A DNA stretch of 57,317 bases from assembly GCA_001820875.1 (NCBI GenBank), contig MHRF01000007.1, positions 1 to 57,317 on the forward strand. The letters are read 5' to 3'. Position numbers and translations under genes: made by a program. Positions 27,657 to 37,576 of the stretch are shown here, one piece after another. The stretch comes from Candidatus Taylorbacteria bacterium RIFCSPHIGHO2_01_FULL_46_22b (GTDB taxonomy: Bacteria > Patescibacteriota > Minisyncoccia > Phycocordibacterales > DSPV01). The notes beneath the pieces were generated by a model. That model was given only the letters and a program-made list of their open reading frames with translations. It ran no database searches and was not told the origin of the DNA. How positions within the stretch are numbered: position 1 is the first letter of the stretch; each line of letters starts with the position of its first letter.

Positions 27657-30278
27657 ATGAAAAAAAGAATTATTAAATTCCTTACCGTCAGTAGTTTTGC
27701 TTTCTCGGCAGTTGCGTTTTCATTTCTTGGTCTGGCGACGCCAATCGATGCTCGTGCAGCTGGTCCGGCGCTTGTTGACCTCTTGTCTGCAGGCAATTTC
27801 TCAATCTTGTCGTCTGCAGGAATTACGAATACAGGAAGCCATACTTCTGTTATAACAGGAAATATCGGCTCTAGTCCGATCTCTGCTTCTGCAATGGACA
27901 ACGTATTTTGTTCTGAAATAACGGGCACTATATTCGGTGTTGATGCGGCTTATGTAGGTAGCGGCAGCGTAACTTGTTTTGCAGGAAACCCGCCGTTATC
28001 TAATAAAACTCTCGTGGATACCGCAGTACTTGATATGGGGACTGCATACACTGATGCAGCCGGAAGAACCACCCCGACCGCAACTGAATTGGGAGCTGGT
28101 AATATCGGTGGCATGACACTTGCCCCTGGACTCTACAAGTGGAGTACGGATGTCACTATACCGACAGATGTTACTCTCTCTGGAAGTGCAGATGATGTGT
28201 GGATATTCCAAATTGCAGGGGATCTCACTATCGCTTCTGGTGGGAGTATCCCCGCGGGTATCAAGGTTGTACTTGCAGGTGGCGCTCAATCCTCGAATAT
28301 TTTCTGGCAGGTTGGCGGTGTAACTGGCGCCACGCTCGGGACATACGCGACGTTCAATGGAAACATATTGAGTGCAAAACAAGTGATCATTCAAACTGGC
28401 GCAGTGCTCAATGGCAGAGCGCTTGCACAAACTCAAGTGACACTGGATGCAAATACCATTTCGTCTCCTCCACTCCCTGATGTCAAAGTAACTATTGCTA
28501 AATATATTGATGGCGTTCCGGCTCTTGCCTCAACAACAAACAGTGCTTCATTTCCGATGAGTGCGACATGGAATGCTACCAATATTGGTGCAGGAACAGG
28601 AGGGTTTGCTATTGGCCCTGTTGGATTCAACAGTCCAAATCCCTATGAAGCAGTCACTGCCGATATGACTTCTGGGGCGAGTTACAGTACGAATGAAATT
28701 GTTGACGGTATCACTGTCGGTACCGCATGTGCTTCAGGAACTCCCTACACGCTGATTGGATATTCAACTGGCGACACTCTGCTTGCGGCCTCACTTGCAG
28801 TAGCAACGACCACCATACCGAACTTCACGAATATCACGAGCGACAAATATGTCATTGTACAAAATCATGTTTGCCCACCACCTGTCGCACCCACATTCGC
28901 AAAAGTCCATATTCTTAAATACCTTGATGGCGCGGTAGCAACGGCATCATCATCTAACAGCTACTTATTCCCCATGACCGCAACATGGTCAGCTCTCAAT
29001 CTTAGCGGCGGAGCAACCTCGACGGGGTCATATGTTCTCGGTACTAATTTCGGTGGGGCGATTGATCTCTACGGCGCAGACACAACAGATATGCAAACTC
29101 CTGCATATTACGCCACGTCAGAAGTAACCGACGATACAAGCTCTGTGCTGCCGATTGACGCTGTCTGTAGCACCGGCAAGTATCGCTTGAACGGATACCA
29201 GATGAGTACCACGAGTTTCGCTCATGCGCTCAAACAGGCAACGACCACTGATGCGATATTGCCCAACATAACTTCTGATAGTTACGTACTGGTGTTGAAC
29301 GAATCATGTCCTACACCTGAAGTTCCAGTTGCAACTGGCGGAATTGTGTTCACCAAGTATAGCGTGGGGGACAATGGAACGTTTTCGTTCACAGGTACCG
29401 GAGGTATTGGCGCGTTTACACTCACCACTGCGACAGGTAGCAGCAGTCAGGCATTCAGCAATCTTGTTCCAGGAACGTATCAGATTACTGAAGGAACATT
29501 GCCGATTGATTGGACACAGACGACAACTACCTGTTCAAGTATTACCGTAACTTCAAACGCAACGTCTACGTGCTCGATAACCAACACGAAAAGTGTACCC
29601 ACTCCAGTTTTGGGAGAAATCAGCGGTATAAAATTCGAGGATTGGGATGCGGACGGTAGTCCGTTCGAGAAAAAGTGGGAAGATCCGCTTTCTGGGTGGA
29701 CCATTTACCTCGACACAAACAACAACAGCGTGCTTGATCTCGGTGAACTTTCGACGACCACCAACAAGAAAGGAGCCTATAGCTTCAAAAATCTTCCTGC
29801 GGGCACATACTCTGTGCGCGAAGTGAATAAAACTGGTTGGATCACCATAACTCCAGTTAGTGGTGTCCACACCATCACGCTTCTTGCAGGAGAGGTAGTG
29901 AAGAATAAAAACTTTGGGAACTTCAAGCTCGGATCAATCTCCGGCATGAAGTACAACGACAAGAATGCCAATGGCAAGAAGGGTGGCAATGAAGCAGGTC
30001 TTGCTGGTTGGACCATTGTGCTCAAGAAGATAGGAGGTGCGACTGCAACGACTACAACTAACGCAAGTGGTAACTACACCTTCAGCAATCTTGGTCCGGG
30101 GACGTACAAACTTTCAGAAGTGATGCAGACTGGATGGACCCAGACTGAAAAACCAAATCCAGTTCGTATCTATTCAGAGACATCTTCTACGCATGAGAAC
30201 TTTGGTAATACCCAAAAGACTATTGTGCCAAGAGGGAATGGGTATGGCAAAGACAAAGATAACGATCGAGACTATTAG
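27657..30278 (+). CDS. Secreted ice-binding-like (DUF3494) adhesin with CnaB/SdrD-B-like stalk
   Basis: Signal peptide; TLAPGLYKW, VWIFQI, NIFWQV, FNGNIL, LNGRALAQTQVTLD; C-terminal ISGIKFED..LSGWTIYLD..NFGN repeats. Confidence 0.9.
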   Translation: MKKRIIKFLTVSSFAFSAVAFSFLGLATPIDARAAGPALVDLLSAGNFSILSSAGITNTGSHTSVITGNIGSSPISASAMDNVFCSEITGTIFGVDAAYVGSGSVTCFAGNPPLSNKTLVDTAVLDMGTAYTDAAGRTTPTATELGAGNIGGMTLAPGLYKWSTDVTIPTDVTLSGSADDVWIFQIAGDLTIASGGSIPAGIKVVLAGGAQSSNIFWQVGGVTGATLGTYATFNGNILSAKQVIIQTGAVLNGRALAQTQVTLDANTISSPPLPDVKVTIAKYIDGVPALASTTNSASFPMSATWNATNIGAGTGGFAIGPVGFNSPNPYEAVTADMTSGASYSTNEIVDGITVGTACASGTPYTLIGYSTGDTLLAASLAVATTTIPNFTNITSDKYVIVQNHVCPPPVAPTFAKVHILKYLDGAVATASSSNSYLFPMTATWSALNLSGGATSTGSYVLGTNFGGAIDLYGADTTDMQTPAYYATSEVTDDTSSVLPIDAVCSTGKYRLNGYQMSTTSFAHALKQATTTDAILPNITSDSYVLVLNESCPTPEVPVATGGIVFTKYSVGDNGTFSFTGTGGIGAFTLTTATGSSSQAFSNLVPGTYQITEGTLPIDWTQTTTTCSSITVTSNATSTCSITNTKSVPTPVLGEISGIKFEDWDADGSPFEKKWEDPLSGWTIYLDTNNNSVLDLGELSTTTNKKGAYSFKNLPAGTYSVREVNKTGWITITPVSGVHTITLLAGEVVKNKNFGNFKLGSISGMKYNDKNANGKKGGNEAGLAGWTIVLKKIGGATATTTTNASGNYTFSNLGPGTYKLSEVMQTGWTQTEKPNPVRIYSETSSTHENFGNTQKTIVPRGNGYGKDKDNDRDY

Positions 30279-30302
30279 TCTAGTTGAAGTATAAAGGTCG
30301 AC

Positions 30303-30336
30303 ACAAAGCCCTAGGCATCTAGGGCTTTGTTGTATT
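30303..30336 (+). terminator. Terminator after adhesin gene
   Basis: ACAAAGCCCTAG-GCAT-CTAGGGCTTTGT. Confidence 0.8.
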
Positions 30337-30488
30337 TGCTAGATGTGAGAATACAAATCAACAGAAAGTAGTGCGCGGTTTTCCTTTGGGTGATAAATTT
30401 TAGACAACCCTTTACATTTTCCTCTGTATTTGTTACCTTACTTGAATCACGAATGAGTCTTCAGGACTCATTTTTAATCGGGTTTTCA

Positions 30489-31091
30489 ATGAAATTCATT
30501 CTCGGCAAAAAGGTGAATATGACACAGGTGTTTCAAGATGACGGAACGGTTGAACCCGTGACGATCATTCAGGCTGGACCAGTTACGGTAACCCAAACTA
30601 AGAATAAAGAGAGTGATGGCTATAGCGCCGTGCAAGTTGGATTTGTTCCGCAGCCGAAAAACGAAACCGAGAAGGCAGCTCACAAGCGCTATACGCATGT
30701 CAAAGAATTCAGAACAGAAAAAGCGTCAGTTGACCTCAAGGTTGGTGACAGTATCGATGTCTCAAGCTTTGCGGTTAATGACACAGTCGAAGTTTCAGCT
30801 ATCTCAAAAGGAAAAGGATTTCAAGGAGTCGTGAAGCGTCATGGATTCGGTGGAGGACGCCGCACACACGGTCAGAAACATTCAGAACGTGAACCAGGAG
30901 CGATTGGTGGACGCGGACGTGCGGGAGGCCGAGTTTCCTTGGGTATGCGTATGGCCGGACGTATGGGTGCAGATCGGATTACCATCAAGAACCTTAAGAT
31001 TATTCAGGTTGATGCGGCAGGACACACACTACTTGTCAGCGGTGCGATTCCGGGACGGCGCGGCACTATTGTAGAAATCATCAGCAGATAA
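30489..31091 (+). CDS. rplC: 50S ribosomal protein uL3
   Basis: GKKVNMTQ, DGYSAVQ, SKGKGFQGVVKRHGF, MAGRMG. Confidence 0.98.
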   Translation: MKFILGKKVNMTQVFQDDGTVEPVTIIQAGPVTVTQTKNKESDGYSAVQVGFVPQPKNETEKAAHKRYTHVKEFRTEKASVDLKVGDSIDVSSFAVNDTVEVSAISKGKGFQGVVKRHGFGGGRRTHGQKHSEREPGAIGGRGRAGGRVSLGMRMAGRMGADRITIKNLKIIQVDAAGHTLLVSGAIPGRRGTIVEIISR

Positions 31092-31099
31092 ATACTCAC

Positions 31100-31777
31100 A
31101 TGGAAGCCACTGTGTACAACACAAAAGGAAAAGAGACAGGGAAGGTAACACTCCCCGAGAAAGTCTTTGGCGCAAAATGGAATGGAGATCTCGTGCACCA
31201 AGTCATGGTTTCTATGCAGGCGAACGAGCGCGAACACGTTGCACATGTCAAAGATCGTGGACAGGTTGCCGGTGGTGGCAAAAAGCCATGGCAACAGAAA
31301 GGAACCGGTCGCGCGCGCCATGGATCAATCCGATCCCCGATCTGGGTAGGAGGAGGTGTTGCCCACGGACCAAACCCGAACAAAGTGTATGCGCGCAAGG
31401 TAAATCAAAAGATGCGTGTCGGTGCACTTTATGCGATTTTGTCCAAGAAATATAAAGATGGTGAGATGCTTTTTGTCGATACGATGGCAGTTGAGAGTGG
31501 AAAGACCAAAGATGCAAAAGTAGTCATTAATGCGCTTGCGGGAGTCAAAGGGTATGAAAAGCTTGCAACCAAGCCAGTAAATGCTGCTTTGATTGCTGTT
31601 GCGAAGAAAGACAATAAGACTGGACGCAGTTTGCGGAATTTCTCGAATGTTCTTGTGGAGGAAGTTCGCAACCTCAATCCGATGACCGCGCTTTCATATA
31701 AATATATTGTTATCAGCGATCCGGAGATTGCATGTAAGGGACTTGCTGCGCGAATGCCAGATAAAAAACGCTCATAA
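31100..31777 (+). CDS. rplD: 50S ribosomal protein uL4
   Basis: GGGKKPWQQKGTGRARHGSIRSP. Confidence 0.98.
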   Translation: MEATVYNTKGKETGKVTLPEKVFGAKWNGDLVHQVMVSMQANEREHVAHVKDRGQVAGGGKKPWQQKGTGRARHGSIRSPIWVGGGVAHGPNPNKVYARKVNQKMRVGALYAILSKKYKDGEMLFVDTMAVESGKTKDAKVVINALAGVKGYEKLATKPVNAALIAVAKKDNKTGRSLRNFSNVLVEEVRNLNPMTALSYKYIVISDPEIACKGLAARMPDKKRS

Positions 31778-31782
31778 ATATC

Positions 31783-32163
31783 ATGGGATTGTTTAATTTC
31801 AAAAAAGAAGAGAAAAAGAATTCAGCGCCCGCAGTGCGTAAAGTCGCCGTGAAGGAAGCTGCGGTTTTGACTGCAACCGGAGTCGCTGATCGAGGACGGA
31901 TTCTTCAGAACCCACGCGTTACTGAAAAGGTTACGTTTCTTGCAGAGAAAGATAATGTGTACACATTCAATGTAACCGCAGATGCAACCAAACAAACTGT
32001 TTCCGAATTAATTACGCGTTTATACAAAGTACACCCAACAAAAGTGCACATCCTACCGGTTCCCTCAAAGCGCGTGTTTGTTCGTGGAAAGCGCGGAGTG
32101 AAGCGCGGAGGACGAAAAGCATATGTGTTTCTTAAGAAAGGCGAAAAAATTGAACTTGTATAA
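31783..32163 (+). CDS. rplW: 50S ribosomal protein uL23
   Basis: PRVTEK, YTFNV, KAYVFL; synteny. Confidence 0.96.
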   Translation: MGLFNFKKEEKKNSAPAVRKVAVKEAAVLTATGVADRGRILQNPRVTEKVTFLAEKDNVYTFNVTADATKQTVSELITRLYKVHPTKVHILPVPSKRVFVRGKRGVKRGGRKAYVFLKKGEKIELV

Positions 32164-32168
32164 TCACC

Positions 32169-33023
32169 ATGAAATTCTATAAACCTACCAGCAAATCGCG
32201 CCGCCATCTCTCCACCGTTTCGTACCGTGGGGTGATTACTGAAAATGAGCCGCATAAGGCTCTCACGAGCGGTTTTAAGCGCGACATGGGGCGAAATAAC
32301 CGTGGGCGTATTACAGTTCAACACAAAGGAGGTGGTAACAAACATTTGTACCGAATGGTTGATTTTAAATACGACAAGTATGATATGCCAGCACGCATTG
32401 AGACTGTTGAATATGATCCAAACCGCACCGGTTTTATCGGACGCGTGATTTATCCTGATGGCGAGCGCCGTTACGTGCTTTTGCCGAAAGAAATGACTGT
32501 TGGCGCAGTGTTCTCTGTTTCTGCTTCAGCACCGCTTACCGTGGGCAATCGACTTCCGCTTAAAAAGATTCCTGTCGGCACATTTATTTACAATGTTGAG
32601 ATTAAACCAAATGGCGGCGCGATACTCGCTCGTTCAGCCGGAAACTTTGCCCAGTTAGTTGCTCTCGAAGGGGGACATGCACAAATTAAATTACCGTCAA
32701 CCGAAGTTCGAAAGGTAAGTGCAGAAGCGTGGGCATGCATCGGTTCAGTTTCAAACGAAGAAAATCACTTAGTGAACTTGGGCAAGGCAGGACGCTCACG
32801 TTGGCTTGGAATTCGCCCGACTGTCCGCGGTACAGCGAAAAATCCAGTAGATCATCCCTATGGAGGGGGAGAAGGAAGACAGGGTCGCGGACGCCGACGT
32901 GCAATTACTCGCACCGGTAAGCCAGTTGGAAAAGGACAGAAGTCACGACGCGCAAAGAAATACTCGAATGTCTTCATTGTTTCTCGCCGAAAAGTGGGGA
33001 AGAATCGAAAAGCGTCCCTCTAA
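32169..33023 (+). CDS. rplB: 50S ribosomal protein uL2
   Basis: GRNNRGRIT, EYDPNR, GKAGRSRW, NPVDHPYGGGEG. Confidence 0.98.
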   Translation: MKFYKPTSKSRRHLSTVSYRGVITENEPHKALTSGFKRDMGRNNRGRITVQHKGGGNKHLYRMVDFKYDKYDMPARIETVEYDPNRTGFIGRVIYPDGERRYVLLPKEMTVGAVFSVSASAPLTVGNRLPLKKIPVGTFIYNVEIKPNGGAILARSAGNFAQLVALEGGHAQIKLPSTEVRKVSAEAWACIGSVSNEENHLVNLGKAGRSRWLGIRPTVRGTAKNPVDHPYGGGEGRQGRGRRRAITRTGKPVGKGQKSRRAKKYSNVFIVSRRKVGKNRKASL

Positions 33024-33046
33024 ACAACAGATTTTAAGAAAAATAC

Positions 33047-33076
33047 CAAAACCCGCCCTCTCGAGGGCGGGTTTTT
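33047..33076 (+). terminator. Intrinsic terminator after rplB
   Basis: CAAAACCCGCCCTC-TC-GAGGGCGGGTTTTT. Confidence 0.85.
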
Positions 33077-33097
33077 GCGAATCTAAAGGGAAATTAG

Positions 33098-33175
33098 CTA
33101 TCCACACGTCTTCCACAGGGTTATGAACATATGAACAAAGCAGTGTTTGACAGGAACTAGTGCCCTTGTTAGTAT
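33098..33175 (+). promoter_or_regulatory. Internal sigma70 promoter for rpsS with upstream DnaA-box-like sites
   Basis: TTGACA(33147)-N17-TAGTAT; CTATCCACA, TCTTCCACA, TTATGAACA upstream. Confidence 0.65.
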
Positions 33176-33218
33176 GCACCAACGCTCTGAAAGGAGCTTA
33201 TTTATTTTCTTTTGCCAA

Positions 33219-33569
33219 ATGTCACGATCGCTTTCAAAAGGGCCATATATTGACCAGAGACTTCTCAAGAAGATTACTGGGAAAAAACCGGAACAAGCCG
33301 GTGTGGTTAAGACGTGGTCTCGCGCTTGTGTCATTAGTCCCGAAATGGTTGGTTTTTCTTTTGGGGTTCACAATGGAAGAGAACATTTGCCAGTTTTAGT
33401 TACCGAAGAAATGGTTGGACACCGCCTCGGTGAATTCTCGCCTACGCGCAAGTTCACTAAACATGGCGGCAAGATGCAGAAGGAACTCGAAGCTAAGAAG
33501 AAAGAGTCTGAAATTGCAGCAGCACAGGCAGCAAAAGCTCCTGCAGCAGGCGCAACCCCAGCAAAATAA
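33219..33569 (+). CDS. rpsS: 30S ribosomal protein uS19
   Basis: [27 protein letters not shown]. Confidence 0.98.
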   Translation: MSRSLSKGPYIDQRLLKKITGKKPEQAGVVKTWSRACVISPEMVGFSFGVHNGREHLPVLVTEEMVGHRLGEFSPTRKFTKHGGKMQKELEAKKKESEIAAAQAAKAPAAGATPAK

Positions 33570-33572
33570 TTT

Positions 33573-33989
33573 ATGATTGAAGCAACACTCAAAAACTATC
33601 GTCAGTCTCCCCGCAAAGTTCGTTTGGTCGCTGATTTAGTGCGCGGAAAGAAAGTTAGTCATGCGCTTGTGATGCTTGATGTACTTAACAAAAAGGCGTC
33701 AGGTCCGATTCGCGGAGCTATCCAGACTGCCGTTGCGAATGCAGCGCATAATTTTAAAATCAGCGCAGATCGTCTGTATGTAAAGGACATCCGAGTAGAC
33801 GAAGGGGTTACGATGAAGCGTTTTCGTCCCCGCGCACGAGGTTCAGCCTTTGAAATAAAGAAGCGTAATAGTCATATTTTTGTTGCTTTGGATACTAAGG
33901 GGGATTCCGTACTTGCAACTCCGAAACGACAAGTAGCTGATGCAAATACACATGATCATGATCGTGTGGAAGAAGCAACCGAAGCATAA
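33573..33989 (+). CDS. rplV: 50S ribosomal protein uL22
   Basis: SPRKVRLVAD, RFRPRARG. Confidence 0.98.
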   Translation: MIEATLKNYRQSPRKVRLVADLVRGKKVSHALVMLDVLNKKASGPIRGAIQTAVANAAHNFKISADRLYVKDIRVDEGVTMKRFRPRARGSAFEIKKRNSHIFVALDTKGDSVLATPKRQVADANTHDHDRVEEATEA

Positions 33990-33993
33990 TTTT

Positions 33994-34662
33994 ATGTCAC
34001 ACTCCGTACACCCATATTCACACCGACTTGGCATCATCAGAGACTGGAAGTCCCGCTGGTTCGGTATGAAAGACAAATACCGCCAAAATCTCAAGAGCGA
34101 TATTCTCCTGCGAGAGTTTCTGACGAAGCGCTTGCGGGATTTTTATGTCAGCATCATCGAAATCGAGAGAAACGAGAAGATGTTTCGCGTATTGATCAAG
34201 ACTTCGCGCCCAGGCATGTTGCTTGGAAAAAATGGAGAGGGTATCACTGTGCTTCGGACTGATTTGATGAAAATGTTCCATCGCGCAAAGATCGTGATCT
34301 CGCAGGATATCAAAATTGATGTGGAGGAAATCCGTTCACCTGAATCTAGCGCTGCAATTTTGGCCCACATGGTTGCTGAATCTCTTGAAAAGCGACTCCC
34401 ATTCCGCCGCGTTATGAAGCAGATTATTGAAAAGGCGATGGCGAACCGCGACGTGAAAGGAGTGAAAATTTACTGTGGTGGGCGTTTGGGTGGAGCGGAC
34501 ATGGCTCGATCAGAAGAATTGAAGCGCGGCCGGATTCCTTTGCAGACACTTCGCGCTGATGTTGATTTTGCGCGTGAAAAGGCTCATATGACTTACGGTG
34601 ATATTGGTATCAAAGTATGGGTGTATCGCGGCGAAGTATTTGCTAAGAAACAGAACGCATAA
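33994..34662 (+). CDS. rpsC: 30S ribosomal protein uS3
   Basis: [33 protein letters not shown]. Confidence 0.98.
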   Translation: MSHSVHPYSHRLGIIRDWKSRWFGMKDKYRQNLKSDILLREFLTKRLRDFYVSIIEIERNEKMFRVLIKTSRPGMLLGKNGEGITVLRTDLMKMFHRAKIVISQDIKIDVEEIRSPESSAAILAHMVAESLEKRLPFRRVMKQIIEKAMANRDVKGVKIYCGGRLGGADMARSEELKRGRIPLQTLRADVDFAREKAHMTYGDIGIKVWVYRGEVFAKKQNA

Positions 34663-34672
34663 ACATACTTTT

Positions 34673-35104
34673 ATGTTGCTACCGAAAAAAGTAAAATTCA
34701 GAAAATGGCAGACAGGGCGTTCAAATCCGAAACGCGGCCGCATTGATATTCGTGGAGCAAAAATTTCTTTTGGTTCTTTCGGTCTTAAAGCAATGGCAGG
34801 AGGACGTTTGCGTTCGCAACAGATTGAAGCAGCCCGTAAGGCGATGTCTCACATGATTGGAAAGACAGGAAAGATTTGGATTAGAATATTTCCTGATCGG
34901 CCGTACACCGCAAAAGCCGCTGAAGTGGGCATGGGTTCTGGAAAAGGGGATCCGCAGGGATATTGCGTAGAGATTAATCCCGGCCGAGTAATTTTTGAAA
35001 TTGACGGATTGTCGGATGCCGATGCGCACGAAGCGCTTCGCAAAGCAGGCACGAAACTTCCGGTCAAGACGAAGATTGTCAGCCGAGCTATTTCACTGAC
35101 ATGA
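34673..35104 (+). CDS. rplP: 50S ribosomal protein uL16
   Basis: [30 protein letters not shown]. Confidence 0.98.
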   Translation: MLLPKKVKFRKWQTGRSNPKRGRIDIRGAKISFGSFGLKAMAGGRLRSQQIEAARKAMSHMIGKTGKIWIRIFPDRPYTAKAAEVGMGSGKGDPQGYCVEINPGRVIFEIDGLSDADAHEALRKAGTKLPVKTKIVSRAISLT

Positions 35105-35307
35105 CCGACGCAAGCACATTAAAACAGAAGAACGAAAAGGAATTGGGACAATTGCTCGAGGAAAAACGACAGCAACTATGGAACTTCCGATTCGGTGCCT
35201 CTGGTGGAAAAACACGCAATGTAAAAGAAGGAAGAACGCTCCGCCGCGAAATCGCCCGAATCTTGACGATACTTGCTGACATGCGACGATCTGAAAAACA
35301 AAAATAA
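35101..35307 (+). CDS. rpmC: 50S ribosomal protein uL29
   Basis: RREIARILT; synteny. Confidence 0.95.
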   Translation: MTDASTLKQKNEKELGQLLEEKRQQLWNFRFGASGGKTRNVKEGRTLRREIARILTILADMRRSEKQK

Positions 35308-35309
35308 TC

Positions 35310-35591
35310 ATGGAACAACACACACAAAAAAAAGAACGACTCGTCACCGGTAAGGTTGTTTCGACTGCTATGAAAGACACGGTGGTTGTGCTCGTGGAGA
35401 GATACATCAAACACCCCAAATATGGTAAGTATCTTTTGCGCACCAAACGCCTGAAGGCGCATGATGCAGGGAATACGTGCGCAATGGGTGACGTTGTTTT
35501 TCTCAAAGAGACCGCCCCGATTTCAAAAGACAAGCATTTTAAGGTGGTCGGCAAACAAGTAGCCGCCGTAGCCGCGGAGATTTCAGCATAA
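35310..35591 (+). CDS. rpsQ: 30S ribosomal protein uS17
   Basis: GKVVS, HPKYGK, PISKDK. Confidence 0.97.
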   Translation: MEQHTQKKERLVTGKVVSTAMKDTVVVLVERYIKHPKYGKYLLRTKRLKAHDAGNTCAMGDVVFLKETAPISKDKHFKVVGKQVAAVAAEISA

Positions 35592-35600
35592 AACACTCTC

Positions 35601-35972
35601 ATGATTCAACCACGATCAATTGTTGTTATCGCAGATAATTCAGGAGGCAAAATCGGCCGCATTTTCAAAGTGCTTGGTGGTTCACGTAAACGCTATGCAA
35701 CAATTGGCGATAAAGTGGTTCTTTCAGTGCAAAAAGCAGAACCGCGGAAAGGGGTAAAGAAGAAAGATGTCTTGCAAGGAGTAGTGGTACGACAACGAAA
35801 TGCAATTCGTCGCAAAGATGGTTCGTATATCCGTTTTGATGAGAATGCGGTGGTGATTCTTGAAAAAGGTAAGATGGAACCGATTGCGGGACGTGTATTC
35901 GGTCCGATTCCTCGCGAGATTGCAGAATTGGGATATCAGAAAATCGCGTCACTTGCGCCGGAAATAATTTAA
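35601..35972 (+). CDS. rplN: 50S ribosomal protein uL14
   Basis: ADNSG, RFDENA, RVFGP, SLAPE. Confidence 0.98.
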   Translation: MIQPRSIVVIADNSGGKIGRIFKVLGGSRKRYATIGDKVVLSVQKAEPRKGVKKKDVLQGVVVRQRNAIRRKDGSYIRFDENAVVILEKGKMEPIAGRVFGPIPREIAELGYQKIASLAPEII

Positions 35973-35977
35973 CTATC

Positions 35978-36283
35978 ATGAAAATCAAGAAAGGAGACAA
36001 CGTCATACTTATTTCAGGAGCCGACAAAGGCAAGACCGGCAAGGTAGTAGCTTCTTTTCCGACTGATCAGAAAGTGGTGATTGAAGGGCTAAATATGCGC
36101 AAGAAACATCAGCGGGCGAGCCGCTCTGATCAGAAAGGGCAGGTGATAGAAAAAGCGATGCCGATACATGTTTCGAACGTCGCGATTGTGGATCCGTCAA
36201 ACGGGAAAGCAAGTCGCGTGGGCAAGAAATTGGTAGGAGAGAAATTTGTACGTATCAGCAAGAAAAGTGGTTCGACACTCTAA
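35978..36283 (+). CDS. rplX: 50S ribosomal protein uL24
   Basis: KOW motif KKGDNV..GADKGKTG, PIHVSNV. Confidence 0.98.
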   Translation: MKIKKGDNVILISGADKGKTGKVVASFPTDQKVVIEGLNMRKKHQRASRSDQKGQVIEKAMPIHVSNVAIVDPSNGKASRVGKKLVGEKFVRISKKSGSTL

Positions 36284-36292
36284 AAAGTAATC

Positions 36293-36832
36293 ATGGAAAC
36301 GACACAGAAAAAACAAAGCGCAGCCTTCGGGGTATTGCAAAAGAAATTAGGGATTACCAATCCTATGCAGTCGCCGCGTCTCGTAAAAGTCGTGGTAAAT
36401 GCAGGCACCGGATCATTTAAAGATAAAAAGAAGAACGAGATTGTTATTGATCGTCTTTTGAAGATTACTGGACAGAAGCCGGCAGTGCGCGGTGCGAAGA
36501 AATCAATAGCGTCCTTTAAATTGCGACAGGGTGACCCTGTTGGGTATCAAATTACCTTGCGAGGCAGACGCATGATGGATTTTCTCGATCGTCTGCTCAA
36601 TATTGCATTTCCCAGAACTAAAGACTTCAAAGGAATTTCTACCACAGGTATTGATGAAATGGGGAATCTCACTGTCGGTATAAAAGAGCACATCATTTTC
36701 CCTGAAACGGTGGATGAAGAGCTCAAGGATATCTTCGGTATTGCGGTTACAGTGGTGACGACTGCGAAAGATCGCAAAACTGCGAAAGAGTTTTTCACGT
36801 ATCTCGGGTTTCCGTTCAAAAAGGAAGCATAG
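36293..36832 (+). CDS. rplE: 50S ribosomal protein uL5
   Basis: ITGQKP, AKKSIASFKLRQG, IIFPE. Confidence 0.98.
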   Translation: METTQKKQSAAFGVLQKKLGITNPMQSPRLVKVVVNAGTGSFKDKKKNEIVIDRLLKITGQKPAVRGAKKSIASFKLRQGDPVGYQITLRGRRMMDFLDRLLNIAFPRTKDFKGISTTGIDEMGNLTVGIKEHIIFPETVDEELKDIFGIAVTVVTTAKDRKTAKEFFTYLGFPFKKEA

Positions 36833-36842
36833 TGGATTTGGT

Positions 36843-36872
36843 TTGACATTCCCGAGGCTTCTCTGCTAGTAT
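36843..36872 (+). promoter_or_regulatory. Internal sigma70 promoter upstream of rpsN
   Basis: TTGACA-N18-TAGTAT in a 164-bp gap. Confidence 0.6.
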
Positions 36873-36996
36873 AGCGAAGCGCTCAATTGAGTGCAGAGTT
36901 TAAATAGTTGGCACTGTTGGAATCACCGCCTTGGTACACGAAAGTTTCTGGATAAGGCATGTTGATACCCAACGAACCAGCTATCATTTTAATTAA

Positions 36997-37182
36997 ATGG
37001 CAAAGACATCAACATACGTACGATCCCTCAAGAAACCGAAATATAAAAGTCGCGTGGTGCGGCGCTGTTTCCGTTGCGGTCGCAAGCGTGGGTATATTCG
37101 CGATTTCGGTCTGTGCCGAATTTGTTTCCGTGAGTATGCAAACGAGGGAATGATCCCCGGTATTAGAAAATCATCATGGTAA
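36997..37182 (+). CDS. rpsN: 30S ribosomal protein uS14, zinc-binding (type Z)
   Basis: [25 protein letters not shown]. Confidence 0.97.
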   Translation: MAKTSTYVRSLKKPKYKSRVVRRCFRCGRKRGYIRDFGLCRICFREYANEGMIPGIRKSSW

Positions 37183-37571
37183 AAGATCCAATTTCAAATT
37201 TTATCGTTAAGTTGCTTAATGCGGGAAAAGCCGGCAAGCCGACTGTCTTGATGAGTTATTCCAAGCATGTTGCCGCAATTGCAGAAGTGCTCCAGAAGGA
37301 AGGATTTCTTGCGAGCGTGGAGCGCAAAGGCAAGAAGCCGGCAAAACATCTTGAAGTGGTGATCGCATTTAATGAACAGAAACAGTCGAAGATAAATGGC
37401 GTTGATCGAATTTCAAAACCGTCCCGCCGCGTGTATGAACAATCCAAACATTTGCACCCAGTGATGAATGGTCTCGGCCGACTTATTTTGTCTACTCCGA
37501 GAGGAATCATGACCGACCGCACTGCACGCAAAGAGAGAGTCGGAGGGGAGTTACTATTCAAAATTTGGTAA
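37176..37571 (+). CDS. rpsH: 30S ribosomal protein uS8
   Basis: [23 protein letters not shown]. Confidence 0.97.
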   Translation: MVKDPISNFIVKLLNAGKAGKPTVLMSYSKHVAAIAEVLQKEGFLASVERKGKKPAKHLEVVIAFNEQKQSKINGVDRISKPSRRVYEQSKHLHPVMNGLGRLILSTPRGIMTDRTARKERVGGELLFKIW

Positions 37572-37576
37572 TTACT

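Noticed and set aside
33098-33140. Replication origin
   Set aside because: Only a few imperfect DnaA boxes, no unwinding element and no dnaA
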